Notes under the pieces: model-generated
Databases searched by the model: none
What the model was told of the DNA's origin: nothing
Seen by the model: only the letters and a program-made list of their open reading frames with translations
Shown here: positions 1-11,269 of the stretch, piece after piece
Numbering within the stretch: position 1 is the first letter of the stretch
Layout: every line of letters begins with the position of its first letter
Made by a program: the position numbers and the translations under genes
Assembly: GCF_001194135.2 (NCBI RefSeq)
Contig: NC_068987.1
Location: 82,125,903-82,167,293, forward strand
Direction: 5' to 3'
From: Octopus bimaculoides
Lineage: Eukaryota
DNA: 41,391 nucleotides

Positions 1-752
1 GCTGAAGACATGCGTAAGCTCGCAAGGAATGAAGCCAGTATGCTCCGCTGGATGTGTAATGTAAATGTGCATACCTGTCAGAGTGTAAGTATCTTGAGAG
101 AAAAGCTGAACATAAGAAGCATCAGTAGTGGTGTGCAAGAGAGACGATTGTGCTGGTTTGGACATGTGGTGAGAATGAATGAGGATAGCTGCGTGAAAAA
201 GTGCCACTCCCTAACAGTTGAGGGAACCCGTGGAAGAGGTAGGCCCAGGAAGACCTGGGCTGAGGTGGTGAGGCAAGACCTTCGAACATTGAGCTTCACC
301 GAGGTGATGACTACTGACTGAAACCTTTGGAAATGTGCTGTGCGTGAGAAGACCCGGCAAGCCAAGTGAGATCGTTGTCAGGGCCCTTGCACTGGCTCTT
401 GTGTGGGTGGCACATAAGATGTACCATCCTGAGCGTGACCGTTGCCAGTACCGCCTGACTGGCCTTGTAGGGTTTTCGAGCGAGATCATTGCCAGTGCCC
501 CTGGACTTGCTCTTGTGCGGGTGGCACATAAAAGACACCATTTCGAGCATGGACGTTTTCGTGCGGGTGACACGTAAAAGCACCCACTACACTCTCTGAG
601 TGGTTGGCGTTAGGAAGGGCATCCAGCTGTAGAAACTCTGCCAAATTAGATTGGAGCCTGGTGTAGCCATCCGGTTGCACCAGTCCTCAGTCAAATCGTC
701 CAACCCATGCTAGCATGGAAAGCGGACGTTAAACGATGATGACGATGATGAC
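1..752 (+). mobile_element. RTE-clade LINE 3' end (ORF2 C-terminus, 3'UTR, (GAT)n tail)
   Basis: ORF 10-321 has RLCWFGHVVRM...GRGRPRKTW, typical of the RTE ORF2 C-terminus. TGA 319-321 looks like a decayed CGA (DRNLWK motif); the likely original stop is 367-369. The 3'UTR ends ggacgttaaacgatgatgacgatgatga. Confidence 0.9.
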
Positions 753-1112
753 TGCCTAAATACCAATCTTGAGAAATTAGATTCTCAAAATCAGAAAGGA
801 GAATGCTGATTCGAAGACTACAGATCCAATCCATCACTGGAACTGTGAAAATCTGTAAAAATTTCCAGAAGTTTATCATGTAAGTATATATGAGCGTGTC
901 TAGATATGCAAGTATATGCATGAGAAGACATACATAAAGCAAAACATAAATATCTGCACATATACATACATACATACAAAAATACCTAGTTGTTGATGAT
1001 GAAATTCCAATGAAGGAGAAACCGGCTCTTTCTCTATTGACAAGAAATCTTGAAATAAAACTGAATAATGAGATACATAATTTACTGCATATACACATTC
1101 TCATATACAAAG

Positions 1113-1333
1113 TATAAAGGAGGGTTGAAAAGTTTGGGGCATTAAAGGTATCACGAAAGGCCTGGTTGGAGGCCCAAACTTCTGTGTTCTTTTACAGGGC
1201 TTAGAAAACCTGAAGGACCACTGCAATAAATGTGGGAATCTGAGAGGGGAACATGCTATATAAGATCATAATTAACTGATTCTCCTGTATTTTCTTTTAC
1301 CCAAAGCCAGGAACTTTTCAGCGCTCCCTCATG
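1113..1333 (+). mobile_element. Mariner-derived non-autonomous element
   Basis: Degenerate TIRs (gagggttgaaaagtt / aaagccaggaacttttcagcgctccctc). Interior encodes LQGLENLKDHCNKCGNLRGEHAI*, resembling the mariner C-terminus GIEKLxxRWxKCVxxxGDYVE. Confidence 0.7.
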
Positions 1334-1693
1334 CATAGATACCTATATAAGCACATTCAGCTGGACACAAAACCATACACACAAATATGCATATAAACGC
1401 ATACATATCTATATACAGCTATATACATAACATATAAATACACACACAAACTGTTATATATATATATATACATATATATATACATATACATGAATATATC
1501 AATACATATATGCACATGTACTTATATATATTCACTTAAATATGCCTAGATTATATAATACACTAGACTACCCATAATCCATTGGGTCACTGGGAAACTC
1601 AGTTTCCCAGCAGCGGAGTTTTGTTTTGTGGGTCTTTTCTTTTCCAGGTTATTTCACAATCACATGCAAACGGTTCCTTTCCCCTAGAAAAGG

Positions 1694-1812
1694 AAAGATT
1701 TGGCTGCTATTTCTTGCACGCCCTGCTACCACACAACAGGTATGCTGGATTCTTTATCACAAATAGCTGTTATGTAGTAGCAGGGCGTGCTAGAAATAGC
1801 AGCCATATCTTT
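1694..1812. repeat. Near-perfect inverted repeat (46-bp arms, 27-nt loop)
   Basis: 1694-1739 vs reverse complement of 1767-1812: 42/46 matches. Confidence 0.9.
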
Positions 1813-1877
1813 GAAGGTGAGATAATGTTGAATGCACTTGAAAAAAACCTAGGGAACTGTGGTTACGAAGCTCATGA

Positions 1878-1879
1878 TA

Positions 1880-1933
<54 letters not shown>

Positions 1934-2120
1934 CATGTACGTAGGCATATGTGTATGCATGTATATATGCATATATGCATGTATGTATGTATGCATTTAC
2001 ATATGTATGAATGCATGTATGTATGTATGTACGTGAGTATTTATGTATGTATGTAGACATGTCTGCATGTGTGTATATGTGTATGTATATGTAAATGTAT
2101 GTTTATGTAGTGATGTGTGT
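1878..2120. repeat. (GT)n/(GTAT)n microsatellite complex
   Basis: Directly visible simple repeats. Confidence 0.9.
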
Positions 2121-2258
2121 GTCTGTTCAAGTTGCATATATGACTGTTACTCCGTTGAAGGTTGTATGTATATATATTTACTGTAAAAAAACAAATCATA
2201 TTTTTTCAAAATCATTGTCAAATCACTGTCTAATCAAAAGGTTAGAGTTTTTTCCCTT

Positions 2259-2790
2259 TCAGGATGAAGTTATATTCTGAACATTTTCCCATCATGCACC
2301 GTTTTGGGTATTTATACATCCAAACCTCAAATATCGCAATAACTACTTCTCCAATATACTTCATTTCATTTGTATTAATAATTCAGGGTAAACTTAATTC
2401 ATATTTTCCCATAATGCACCAGTCTGGCTGGGTAACATTGCAAGCAAGCAAGATTGAAAATGACTTTTAATGTATTATAGATATATATCTATATACCCGT
2501 ATATCTATCTACCTATCTATCTATCAGGATGAAGTTATATTCAGCACATTTTCCCATTATGCACCGTTTTGGGTATTTATACATGTAAACCTCAAATATC
2601 TCAATAACTACTGCTCCAATTTACATGAGATGTATTTAATTTCATTTGTATTAACAATTCAGGGTAAACTTAATTCATATTTTCCCATAATTCACCAGTT
2701 TGTCTTGGTAACATTGCAAGCAATCAGGATTGAAAATGTCTTTTAATGTATTATAGATATATATCTGTAAATCTATCTATCTATCTACCT
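2259..2790. repeat. Tandem duplication, 265-bp period, two copies
   Basis: tcaggatgaagttatattc starts at 2259 and 2524. The copies are colinear through to gtattatagatatatatct, with one small indel. Confidence 0.9.
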
Positions 2791-2835
<45 letters not shown>

Positions 2836-3390
2836 AATAAACAGACCAAATATAAATGCAACCATGCCTGCTTACTTAATTTAAATATATGTACACATAA
2901 ATAGATATCGATGCACACACACATACATATGTACATTCATACACACAGACACACACACACACATTTCAGAATAAAGGCACATATATACACACATATATAC
3001 TCAAAGGCATACATACAGGTACAAATATATGCATGTACATATAGATATCTTCATACAGCAAATATGCATACAGGTTCATATATAAGCATATGGATATAGA
3101 AGCTATACAATAGACTCTTCAATTAGATTGAATATGTCAAACTTGATTATAATGAAACAGATTTAATGAATCATGTATATTAATAAAAAGGAAATAATGC
3201 CTAAGGTAGGAGTCTATAGAGATTTCAAGGTGCAGAATTACAGAACCATGCTGTCATGACAAGGTAGTGGCTTTAATAATGTGAAAAAATGCATGTGTGT
3301 ATGCATGTGTGCATATATGTAGGTTTGTATGTGTGTATGTATGGATGGATGCATGGAGGGTTGGATGAAGGGATGAATGTGTGTATGATG

Positions 3391-3596
3391 TCTTTGTGTT
3401 GGTCTGTCCCCATCATTTGACAACCAGTGTTGGTTTGTTTACATCCCTGTAACTCACTGGTTTGGTCAATGAGGTCAATGGAGTAAGGACCAGACTACAA
3501 AAAAACAGAAGTCCTGGGGTGGTTTTGGTCAACTAAACTCTTCAAGGTGATGCCCCAGCATGGCCTCAGTCCAGTGACTAAAATAAGTACAAGATG
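3391..3596 (+). mobile_element. SINE family A, 3' portion
   Basis: tgacaaccagtgttggt...ccagcatggcctcagtccagtgactaaaataagta matches the tails of copies at 21000-21170 and 28000-28190. Confidence 0.75.
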
Positions 3597-3830
3597 TCTT
3601 TGGTAGATCATCCAAGGCTTGCTTCCAAACAACAAGACAAGAAAGAAATAAGGTTAAATCTAGAATGCAAGGAAGCCGTTTATGGAGTCATGGTATTCCA
3701 TAAAACGGTCGGGTAACCTGATTTACCTCCCTTCAATAAACTCTTCTATCTAAATACACAATTTTGAAATCCCTTAAGCTTTATAGCAATTTTGATATAT
3801 TTCCAAGCTCATCCACACCTTTTGCTCTAG

Positions 3831-3927
3831 TTTGCCAAATGTGTTGGCTGCATTCCCAAATCAGTGGTATTTGTCTGAGGTGACAAAATACAGACATTTC
3901 TCAGTAACAGAGTGTATAAACTGCACG
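3831..3927 (+). CDS. Candidate internal exon (LPNVLAAFPNQWYLSEVTKYRHFSVTECINCT), product unknown
   Basis: Acceptor ccttttgctctag, donor acg|gtaaga, one open frame, non-repeat sequence. No homolog recognised, and it is on the opposite strand to the other exon candidates. Confidence 0.3.
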
Positions 3928-4173
3928 GTAAGATGCAAGAAAAATCTGTTGATTTAACTAAATCTCTCAACTCATTATTCCTCTTTGTGCTTGTTAATTG
4001 TAATTTTGCTCCATGAAATATTCTCATCATTGTTTTTACATCCACTTTTCTATGCTTGCATGGGTCAGGTGAATTCTATTGAAACAGATTTGCTATGGAT
4101 GAACACTCCTATCAGAAATCCTCAACTGTTTGCAAACAAGATAATGTTGTCCCATGGCTAAACATGCTTGTTT

Positions 4174-4552
4174 TTTTATCTTTTGCTTGTTTTAGTCATT
4201 AGACTGTGGCCATGCTGGGGCATGGCCTCAAAGAATTTTTAGTTGTGATGCCAGTACTATGTTTTTTTTTAAAACCTGGTACTTATTCTATCAGTCTCTT
4301 TTGCTGAGTCACTAAGTTACAAGGACATAAACACACCAACACTGGTTGTCAAGCAGTGGTGGGGGATGAACACAGACACAATGACACACACATACATATA
4401 CAACAGGTTCGTCCAGTTTCGTTTCCGTCTACCAAATCCACTCACAAGGCTTTGGTCAGCCAGAGGCTGTAGTTTAAGATACTTGCACCAGGTGTCACTC
4501 AGTGGGACTGTACCTGGAACCAAGTGGTGGAGAAGCAAGCTTCTTATCACAG
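4174..4552 (-). mobile_element. SINE family A, near full length
   Basis: tRNA-like head, ccaaatccactcacaaggctttgg body, internal (CA)n and ttttgcttgttttagtc tail. Confidence 0.85.
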
Positions 4553-4943
4553 AATGCTTCAAAATGTTCTCCAATGATTCTCATGCACAAGAGGATGAAT
4601 TTTCTCCACATTTCTTGGGGTGACACTTGTGGCAGGTCTTGCAGGTCACTCATCATCTTCCACAGACATTCTTCCACTTTTGAAGAACCTGTGCCACTCA
4701 AAACGTGGCCTCATCACTGTAAGCTTACCGAAGCATGCTCAATGTCTCTGTAGCAGACTTCCCAAGTTCAACACATCTATGACAAAAACTGGAAGACTAT
4801 AGCATACACATGATCACAGTGATGTCGCTTGACACACTGCCTCATGAAAGTCACTGCTAGCTCTCACTGCATATGCAACCATATGCTGCCCTCTGTTGGT
4901 GCATTACAGAACTAGTCTGGGAACTTTTTGAAACCACTTCATA
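4553..4943 (-). mobile_element. Mariner 5' fragment (TIR plus degenerate transposase N-terminus)
   Basis: TIR tatgaagtggtttcaaaaagttcccagactagt on the minus strand; colinear with 16210-16530 and 16866-16920. Confidence 0.8.
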
Positions 4944-5248
4944 TATACTGGACTAAAACCAGAATGACTCGCTGCTTTGGTTTTACTTTTTGTTGTGCAA
5001 GACTTTAATGAACAATTTTTACAGGGTTTTTTTTGAGAAGAGAGAAATTCCTTTGTGGTGTTTAGTGTTTTTGTTTGTCACTCTTTATGTACTGCTGTTA
5101 CCAGCTTTACAGACCCAAAATGTTATTGTTTTCTTACCATGTTGAGTATTAAGTATAAGTCTGTTATATGCAACAGAAGCAGTGTTAGATTAAAATAACC
5201 ATCTGTGTATCATACTGAATATAGATGCATCATGTAAAAGAAAATTAA

Positions 5249-5452
5249 CTGTGACATTTGTCAAGTGAGTGCATTTCTTATGGACATGCTGTGTTTAAAA
5301 ACACAATACATACACCAGTAGCAGATAAAAATTGTCTAGCATCAAGCATCCTCACTATCGACTGCAAGAGGATTTTTATCTGTTACCAATATACGCTATG
5401 TTCTTAAACACAACATGCTTGTAAGAAATATCATCTTAGATGAATATCACAG
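5249..5452. mobile_element. Foldback/MITE-like element with long degenerate TIRs
   Basis: ctgtgac...tttcttatggacatgctgtgtttaaaaac...agcagataaaaat pairs with gatttttatctgttac...ttcttaaacacaacatgcttgtaagaaa...atcacag. Confidence 0.7.
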
Positions 5453-5689
5453 TAAATATGCTTTCTTGTAATGTGCTTACATTAAGTATGATACATAGAT
5501 GACAATTACATGGAACATATTAACCATGGGGTCTCTTCCTGTTTTTAATACTTTAGTGTTGATAGCATCCATACATAACTGTTTTGTAGCTTTACAGTGC
5601 TTAAATTCGTTTTTATATTTCATCTTTTGTTATTTTTGTAAGAATGTCCTCATCACATGTGGACTACTTACAGGTTATATGGGAATTTA

Positions 5690-6160
5690 GAGTTAAAAAT
5701 GTTGTTCAAAATTATCATATTGAAGTATCTTAGCTGTGTTTGTATATGTGTTACCATCTTTATCTTTTATTATGCTGTATGATAAAGGTTGTGACTATGT
5801 ATTGTTCTTGAAGTCAGTATCTAGTTCTATTTTGTCTTATAGGTTCTCATTCTTTTGTGTTTTTCGGTGTTGTTTTGACAGATTTGTTCAGTTCATTGCA
5901 TCGTTCAGCTTTGATAATATCGTCTGGGTTGTTCAACATTTCTATTCTGGCTTTTCACCTTTGTTCACAGGATATCTCTATTTCCGATTGTTGGCTTGTC
6001 ACTGGTTTTCAAGTCCACAATCCGACAATTTCTTCTGTTATTTTATTTGTTGTTTCTTTGAAAGACATATACTTTTTGCCTTTGACATCTGTTGCCATGT
6101 TTCAGGCTGTAGCAAAGGTGTGGAAGCAACTCCTGTCATCTATATTGCAACCATTTGAAC
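5690..6160 (-). mobile_element. Degenerate LINE ORF2 linker remnant
   Basis: Minus-strand translation gives IKDKDGNTYTNTAKIL, resembling the pre-RT linker IKDKDGxxLT, with many stops. Confidence 0.45.
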
Positions 6161-6644
6161 TAGAGTTTGATTGGCAATTTTTTTCGCATCATTATGGCAT
6201 CTTTTGTACTTTATTCTCTGTTTTGATGTTATTAAAAAGTGTGCCATGAAAAAAAATCAAAAACAATTGGAGTTTATTTCTGTTTTTTTGGTCTTCTATT
6301 TATTCTTAACAATGGTGTCCACTTTCCTGGATAATAATGTAATTCAGCTCATCTCATTGAGTGACTGGTAATGGAGTGGGACCCATGTAAGCCAGCATTT
6401 TATGGAGGGTTGAATCAGAGTATTTGTTATCAAGATACCATCTGTTGTACAAGGCTGCAATAGTTCTAATCCTTATTTGATTTCTTAAGACCCTGTTTTC
6501 TTGCAATATTCTGCCAGTTCTTGAATTGGTTTTCTCTTATCTCAGTATTTGAAACTTCAATAAACATGTAAAAGCTGCTTCATGGCAACTAGTTTCATTT
6601 CATTTCTTGGTCATCAAAGAATTTATTTGACACTTCACTTTTAC

Positions 6645-6687
6645 CTGAGCCTGGAGTTTCAATTTTGGAAAATGGATATTATTCCAG
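6645..6687 (-). CDS. Candidate exon (WNNIHFPKLKLQAQ)
   Basis: Acceptor tttgttaatactacag, donor cag|gtaaaa, one open frame; phase-compatible with 17400-17481. Short, so could be chance. Confidence 0.3.
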
Positions 6688-6832
6688 CTGTAGTATTAAC
6701 AAATGATATCCAATAATATCTTTCAGAGTAATATTCATAGAATTTGATGCTTTTTGTGAATTCTTCGCTACAATCATAACCATTCATCTTCCTTTAACCC
6801 TTTAGCATCTAAACCAGCCATTTTCAATTTTA

Positions 6833-7838
6833 GCAAGAAGTTACATTTATTGGCAGGGACTTGACAAAGATATTGAGTTTCTTGTGCAAATATGTCCAAA
6901 ATGCGCAAAAGCCTCAGAATTACCTATTCAAATAAGCATTCCTTGGTCGTTTCCAAAAGCACCATGGTCTAGAGTACACACAGATTTTGCAGGACCTCAT
7001 AATGACAACTACTTTTTTTTTATTATGGTTGATGCATTATTTAAATGGTCGGAGGCCTTCGTTATAAAAAACAACAACTTCAGCCACAATACAAACGCTA
7101 CATCAAGCTTTTTCAAGATTTGGGTTACCAGTTGTTTTAGTATTGGATAACAGTTCACCATTCACTTCTCTAGAATTCACAACATTTTGTAAGAAAAATG
7201 GTATCAATCATATAAGAACTTCTCATATCATCCTCAATCCAATGGATTAGTAGAGAGATCCATGGATACCCTTAAGTGTACATTGCTCAAAATTGAGGAG
7301 AATGGTGAGTTAGAAGAAAATTTGCAACTCTTTTAATGAACTACAGAATAACACTGAATGCTGCTGCACCTGGGCCAAAAATACTGGCAGAAATAATGTT
7401 TCTGAGAAACATTTGCAGTGTTTTTGATAAGACGAAACTTGGAAATGCAAAACAATCACCAAAATTAAGTAGTATACCAAGTCACAGGCAGGGAGGTCTA
7501 GTATATGTTCTTGATACTTGACCAAGTCACCCTAAGTGGCAAGACGGTCAGGGAATAAAGCAGAGAAGTAATGTCATATATGTGATATTAGTTGGACCTT
7601 TCACCTTAGTGCAGGACGTTAACCAGTTAAGATGTAGGGGAGAGCTGTCAATGCCACTATTTATGAATGAAAATCAAGGAAATATGAAAAATCAAAATAT
7701 TCAAACTCGATTAGAAACTACTTCGTTAAATTTACGAAGGTCCAATTGAAATAAAAAACTGACTGAACACATACAAGTAAGCCCTCAAAATAAAATTTCT
7801 TCATATACCAAATATTCATCTTTTAATGAAAGGGGAGA
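6833..7838 (+). mobile_element. Ty3/Gypsy integrase pseudogene ending in a polypurine tract
   Basis: ARSYIYWQGLDKDIEFLVQICPKC (zinc-finger end), WSRVHTDFAGP, IMVDALFKW, HPQSNGLVER, with frameshifts. PPT gaaaggggaga at 7828-7838. Confidence 0.9.
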
Positions 7839-8157
7839 TGAGAAAACCCCAGCTGTCCTGACACAAAGCATTGTTTATTGTCATCCAATCCATAGACACG
7901 ATTTGATCATGTGATGTTGATTATTTAAGCTTTGATTCATCCAGTGAAGAAACACATTATGGACATAGATATACATCGACTCATCACTGTGGATTGACTC
8001 TTTTCACCTTAGCACACCTACTGTGGTGCAGATTATGGTTCATTTTGCATTGTGGGCAAATTGAAATTACAATCTACCACTTTGCACTTCAGTTTTGAAT
8101 TGTTTATTTCATAAAGTTATATTCTGAGTACAATATTATTTGTCTTACTTTATAACA
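7839..8157 (+). mobile_element. Putative 3' LTR of the Gypsy element
   Basis: Starts TG directly after the PPT and ends tataaCA, with ataaag near the end. The right boundary is inferred because no 5' LTR is present to compare. Confidence 0.6.
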
Positions 8158-8217
8158 ATAATCATGGTGGTGATGACAATGTATGGGTTGATGGCAACAA
8201 CAACCATCACCCTACAT

Positions 8218-8418
8218 CATACATGGGTAATCTGTGGCCCTCGACATGTTGTTGTGCAGCCGTTGACGAGTTTCTAGGTTACTAATTTCATATTAAGACA
8301 AATAAAATTGGGAAAAACTGCAAAAAATTCAGTGTAAAGTGGGCAAGTAATATTTCATGCATATGTGTTTTATCATGCGGCCCTTTCCCACTTGGAAATG
8401 GTAAGCTGCCCATCCCTG
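8218..8418. mobile_element. hAT (Charlie-type) MITE
   Basis: 8-bp TSD ccctacat at 8210-8217 and 8419-8426; termini catacatgggtaa / ctgcccatccctg; subterminal gcggccc motif. Confidence 0.8.
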
Positions 8419-10261
8419 CCCTACATAATGGTACTAATAGTGGTGATTGTGGTGGGGTGGTACTAGAAATGGTGACTGTGTTGGTAATAATGATTAAATC
8501 AATGCAGTTGTGACTTAATTTTTATGGGATCATTGTAGCTGGATTGATCACTTTCTGGTGGAAAATAACAAATTTTCTCAGTTTCCAATAAACTTTTAGC
8601 TTCTTCACATTTTTCAAATGCTGGCGAGAATTAAAAAATTGAGAGGAATTCTAGACCAACCGCATTTTTTGTTCTTTTTTTGTACTCTCAGATTTTGAAT
8701 ATTGGACTTTTATCCTATTCTATGCCACATTCCTGGAAAATAAAAATGATTAATCTCTCTATAAATTATATCTGTTTACAGATGGAACTTCCAAGATAGA
8801 AACAGTCTTTCCTACCTGGTTTAATGTGAAGAAGATATTACTTGTGTGCAGGTAGTTTCAACACTCTCAAGTAAATGGGAACCACCAGGTATACGCAAAA
8901 TATTTGTACGATATTTCAGGTAGTAAGAAAGGCAGCCAGTCAGATGTTTAGTATCATTAAAGGAAATTGGAGGCATCCATACCAGCCAGGAAGGACCATG
9001 CTGTGGAAAACAATAAGGAAGTTAATAGAAGACAACAATGAAGCTGTTGATGATGATAATGGGGAGGAGAAAAAAAGAGGATTTGATGTAGAAAGGAAAT
9101 GTGATATCATTAATGAATATAAGATATTGCAAATGATGATAATGAATGCTATTATAATAATTGAAAACTGTTCTTAATAATGTTGTGACTGTTATACACA
9201 CAACACATAAGTAAAATGAAATCAAAATATATTGTTTCATCATGCTATGTTATTCTACCGAAACTGTTCAATGAAATAAAAATGCACATCAGTTACAAAA
9301 ATCAATAGTTGTTGGTTTGTTTCTGCATTTTATGTCAGAAATCATTTATTGAAGAATTTAACATAAAACTTGTGTTAATTTTTTTTTTTTCTTTCTTTCT
9401 TTCAAAAATACTAAAGTTTAGTTTTGAAAGAAGGGAAACAAATTAAATTTAAAACAAAAAGTAAGCTGAGTGCATGTCAATATATATTAAGGCATAAAAC
9501 TTGGTGTTCTGTAATTTAACTTGAAGTAGTTTCAGCTTAAATCTAAAATTTAAATTTAAGAACCTTAAAAAAAATATGATTTATATTTGTTATTATAACA
9601 ATTTCCAAATTTATTGCTGTTTTAAGATTTCGAAGGAAAAGGCAAAATAGAAAAGAAATGTATAGGCTTCTTCATCAAAACTGGCGAAATTGGCCTATAG
9701 CTAAATGACAATACAAACAACTAATTATTATAGTCAATAATTTTTTAAAACTATTTTATATTCACTAATGACTATAAGCTAAGATTTTTTTCTCTTCATC
9801 TAAATGATATTATTGTCTACAGCAATTAATTTGAAAGGCTACTTCAGACAATATAAAGAGCTTTTGTATTTCAAATGTATTGTATATTGAAATAGCACTA
9901 TTGTTATTTTAGAATTAAGAAGAGTGTTGCTACAGAAGAATGAATAAAAGTATTTCAACTTTAACTCAAAGTCAATGTCATAAAACTTTATTAGAAATTC
10001 CTTAAACGATGACTGAGCAATTCTTTAAACAATTTTGTTAGTTTATATGAATAACGGGTTCCAGAACTAATGATTATTTACTGGTGGAAACATCATAGGA
10101 ATCTCGGATCATGGTTCCAGTTATGATTTGACAGTATGGTACTTTGGAGAAAGTTTCTTTTATTGTAGCCTCAACTTAACCAATGTCTTGTGAGTGAAAT
10201 TTTCCTAACAATAATGTCAGAAAAAAGTGGAAAATTAATATATTTGTGTGTGTATATACGC

Positions 10262-10304
<43 letters not shown>

Positions 10305-10492
10305 AGGAGAATTCACAGAAAACAAAAGAAAACAGGTGGTGTAGACAACAAACAGATGTAATAGTTTAACACTTGGGAAGTGAAAAAGTCTTTAACGTTT
10401 CGAGCCTACACTCTTCCACAGAAAGGAACACAGAAAGAAACAAGGAAAGAAAATAAAGAAGGTGTAGTGGCTAGCAATCTATCATGGTGAAT
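10305..10492 (-). mobile_element. Short Penelope pseudo-LTR-like repeat with hammerhead-like motif
   Basis: Minus strand cttt-ctgtggaa-gagt-gtag-gctc-gaaa-cgtt-aaag at 10425-10390; embedded between TA microsatellites. Confidence 0.5.
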
Positions 10493-10776
10493 ATATATAT
10501 ACATACACATATATAGTAATAATAACAATAATCCTTGGATGGAATTTATAAATATTTTAATGCACCGCTATGTGTGTTTCCACAAATCACATGTTTCTCA
10601 AGTTCATAGTCCATATTCCTGGGATACATTTATCCTATATTATATTGGTACAGCTTGATACAACCCCCACCCAAAACTGGTTCTCCAATCAGCTTCATTA
10701 GACTGTGATCAGCATAATCGGATAGCTTTATTTGCATATTCAAAACGTTTCCTGTAAACAAATCTAAAAGATATAT

Positions 10777-11250
10777 ATCATCATCATCATTGTTTAACGT
10801 CTGCTTTCCATGCTAGCATAAGCTGGATGATTTGACTGAGGACTGGCAAGCCAGAAGGCTGCACCAGGCTCCAACCTGACCTGGCAGAGTTTCTACAGCT
10901 GGTTGCCCTTCCTAACTCCAACCACTCCGAGAGTGTAGTGGGTGCTTTTACGTGCCACTGGCATGAGGGCCAGTCAGACGGTACTGGCAATGGCCACACT
11001 AAAATGGTGTTTTTTACGTGCCACCTGCACAGGAGCCAGTCCAGCGGCACTGGCAATGACCATGCTCGAATGTTTTTCATGTGCCACCGGCACAAGTGCC
11101 AGTGATGCAACGCTGGTAACAATCACGCTTGAATGGTGCTTTTTATGTGCCATCGGCATGGAAGCCAGTCGGCTACTCTGGCAATGATCACACTCAGATA
11201 GTGCTCTTAGTGCTCCACTAGCATAGGTGCCAGTCATCAAATTTGATTTC
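10777..11250 (-). mobile_element. RTE 3'UTR copy with five 65-bp units and (GAT)n tail
   Basis: Reverse complement matches 370-752; gccagt recurs at 10969, 11035, 11098, 11164 and 11229. Confidence 0.85.
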
Positions 11251-11269
11251 AATATATATATACACACAC

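Noticed and set aside
784-879. Plus-strand open frame ending at a perfect donor cat|gtaagt
   Set aside because: Weak acceptor, abuts a LINE tail, and no compatible partner exon was established.
8520-8860. Several exon-like segments on both strands (e.g. + 8782-8851; - 8783-8818; - about 8626 down)
   Set aside because: Mutually incompatible, equally plausible candidates show how often such signals arise by chance in AT-rich DNA.
9600-9940. Strong-looking acceptors on both strands
   Set aside because: Frames run into stops or have only weak donors.
10945-11240. CRISPR-like reading of the 65-bp array
   Set aside because: The units are homologous along their whole length, lie in a LINE 3'UTR of an animal genome, and have no cas genes.
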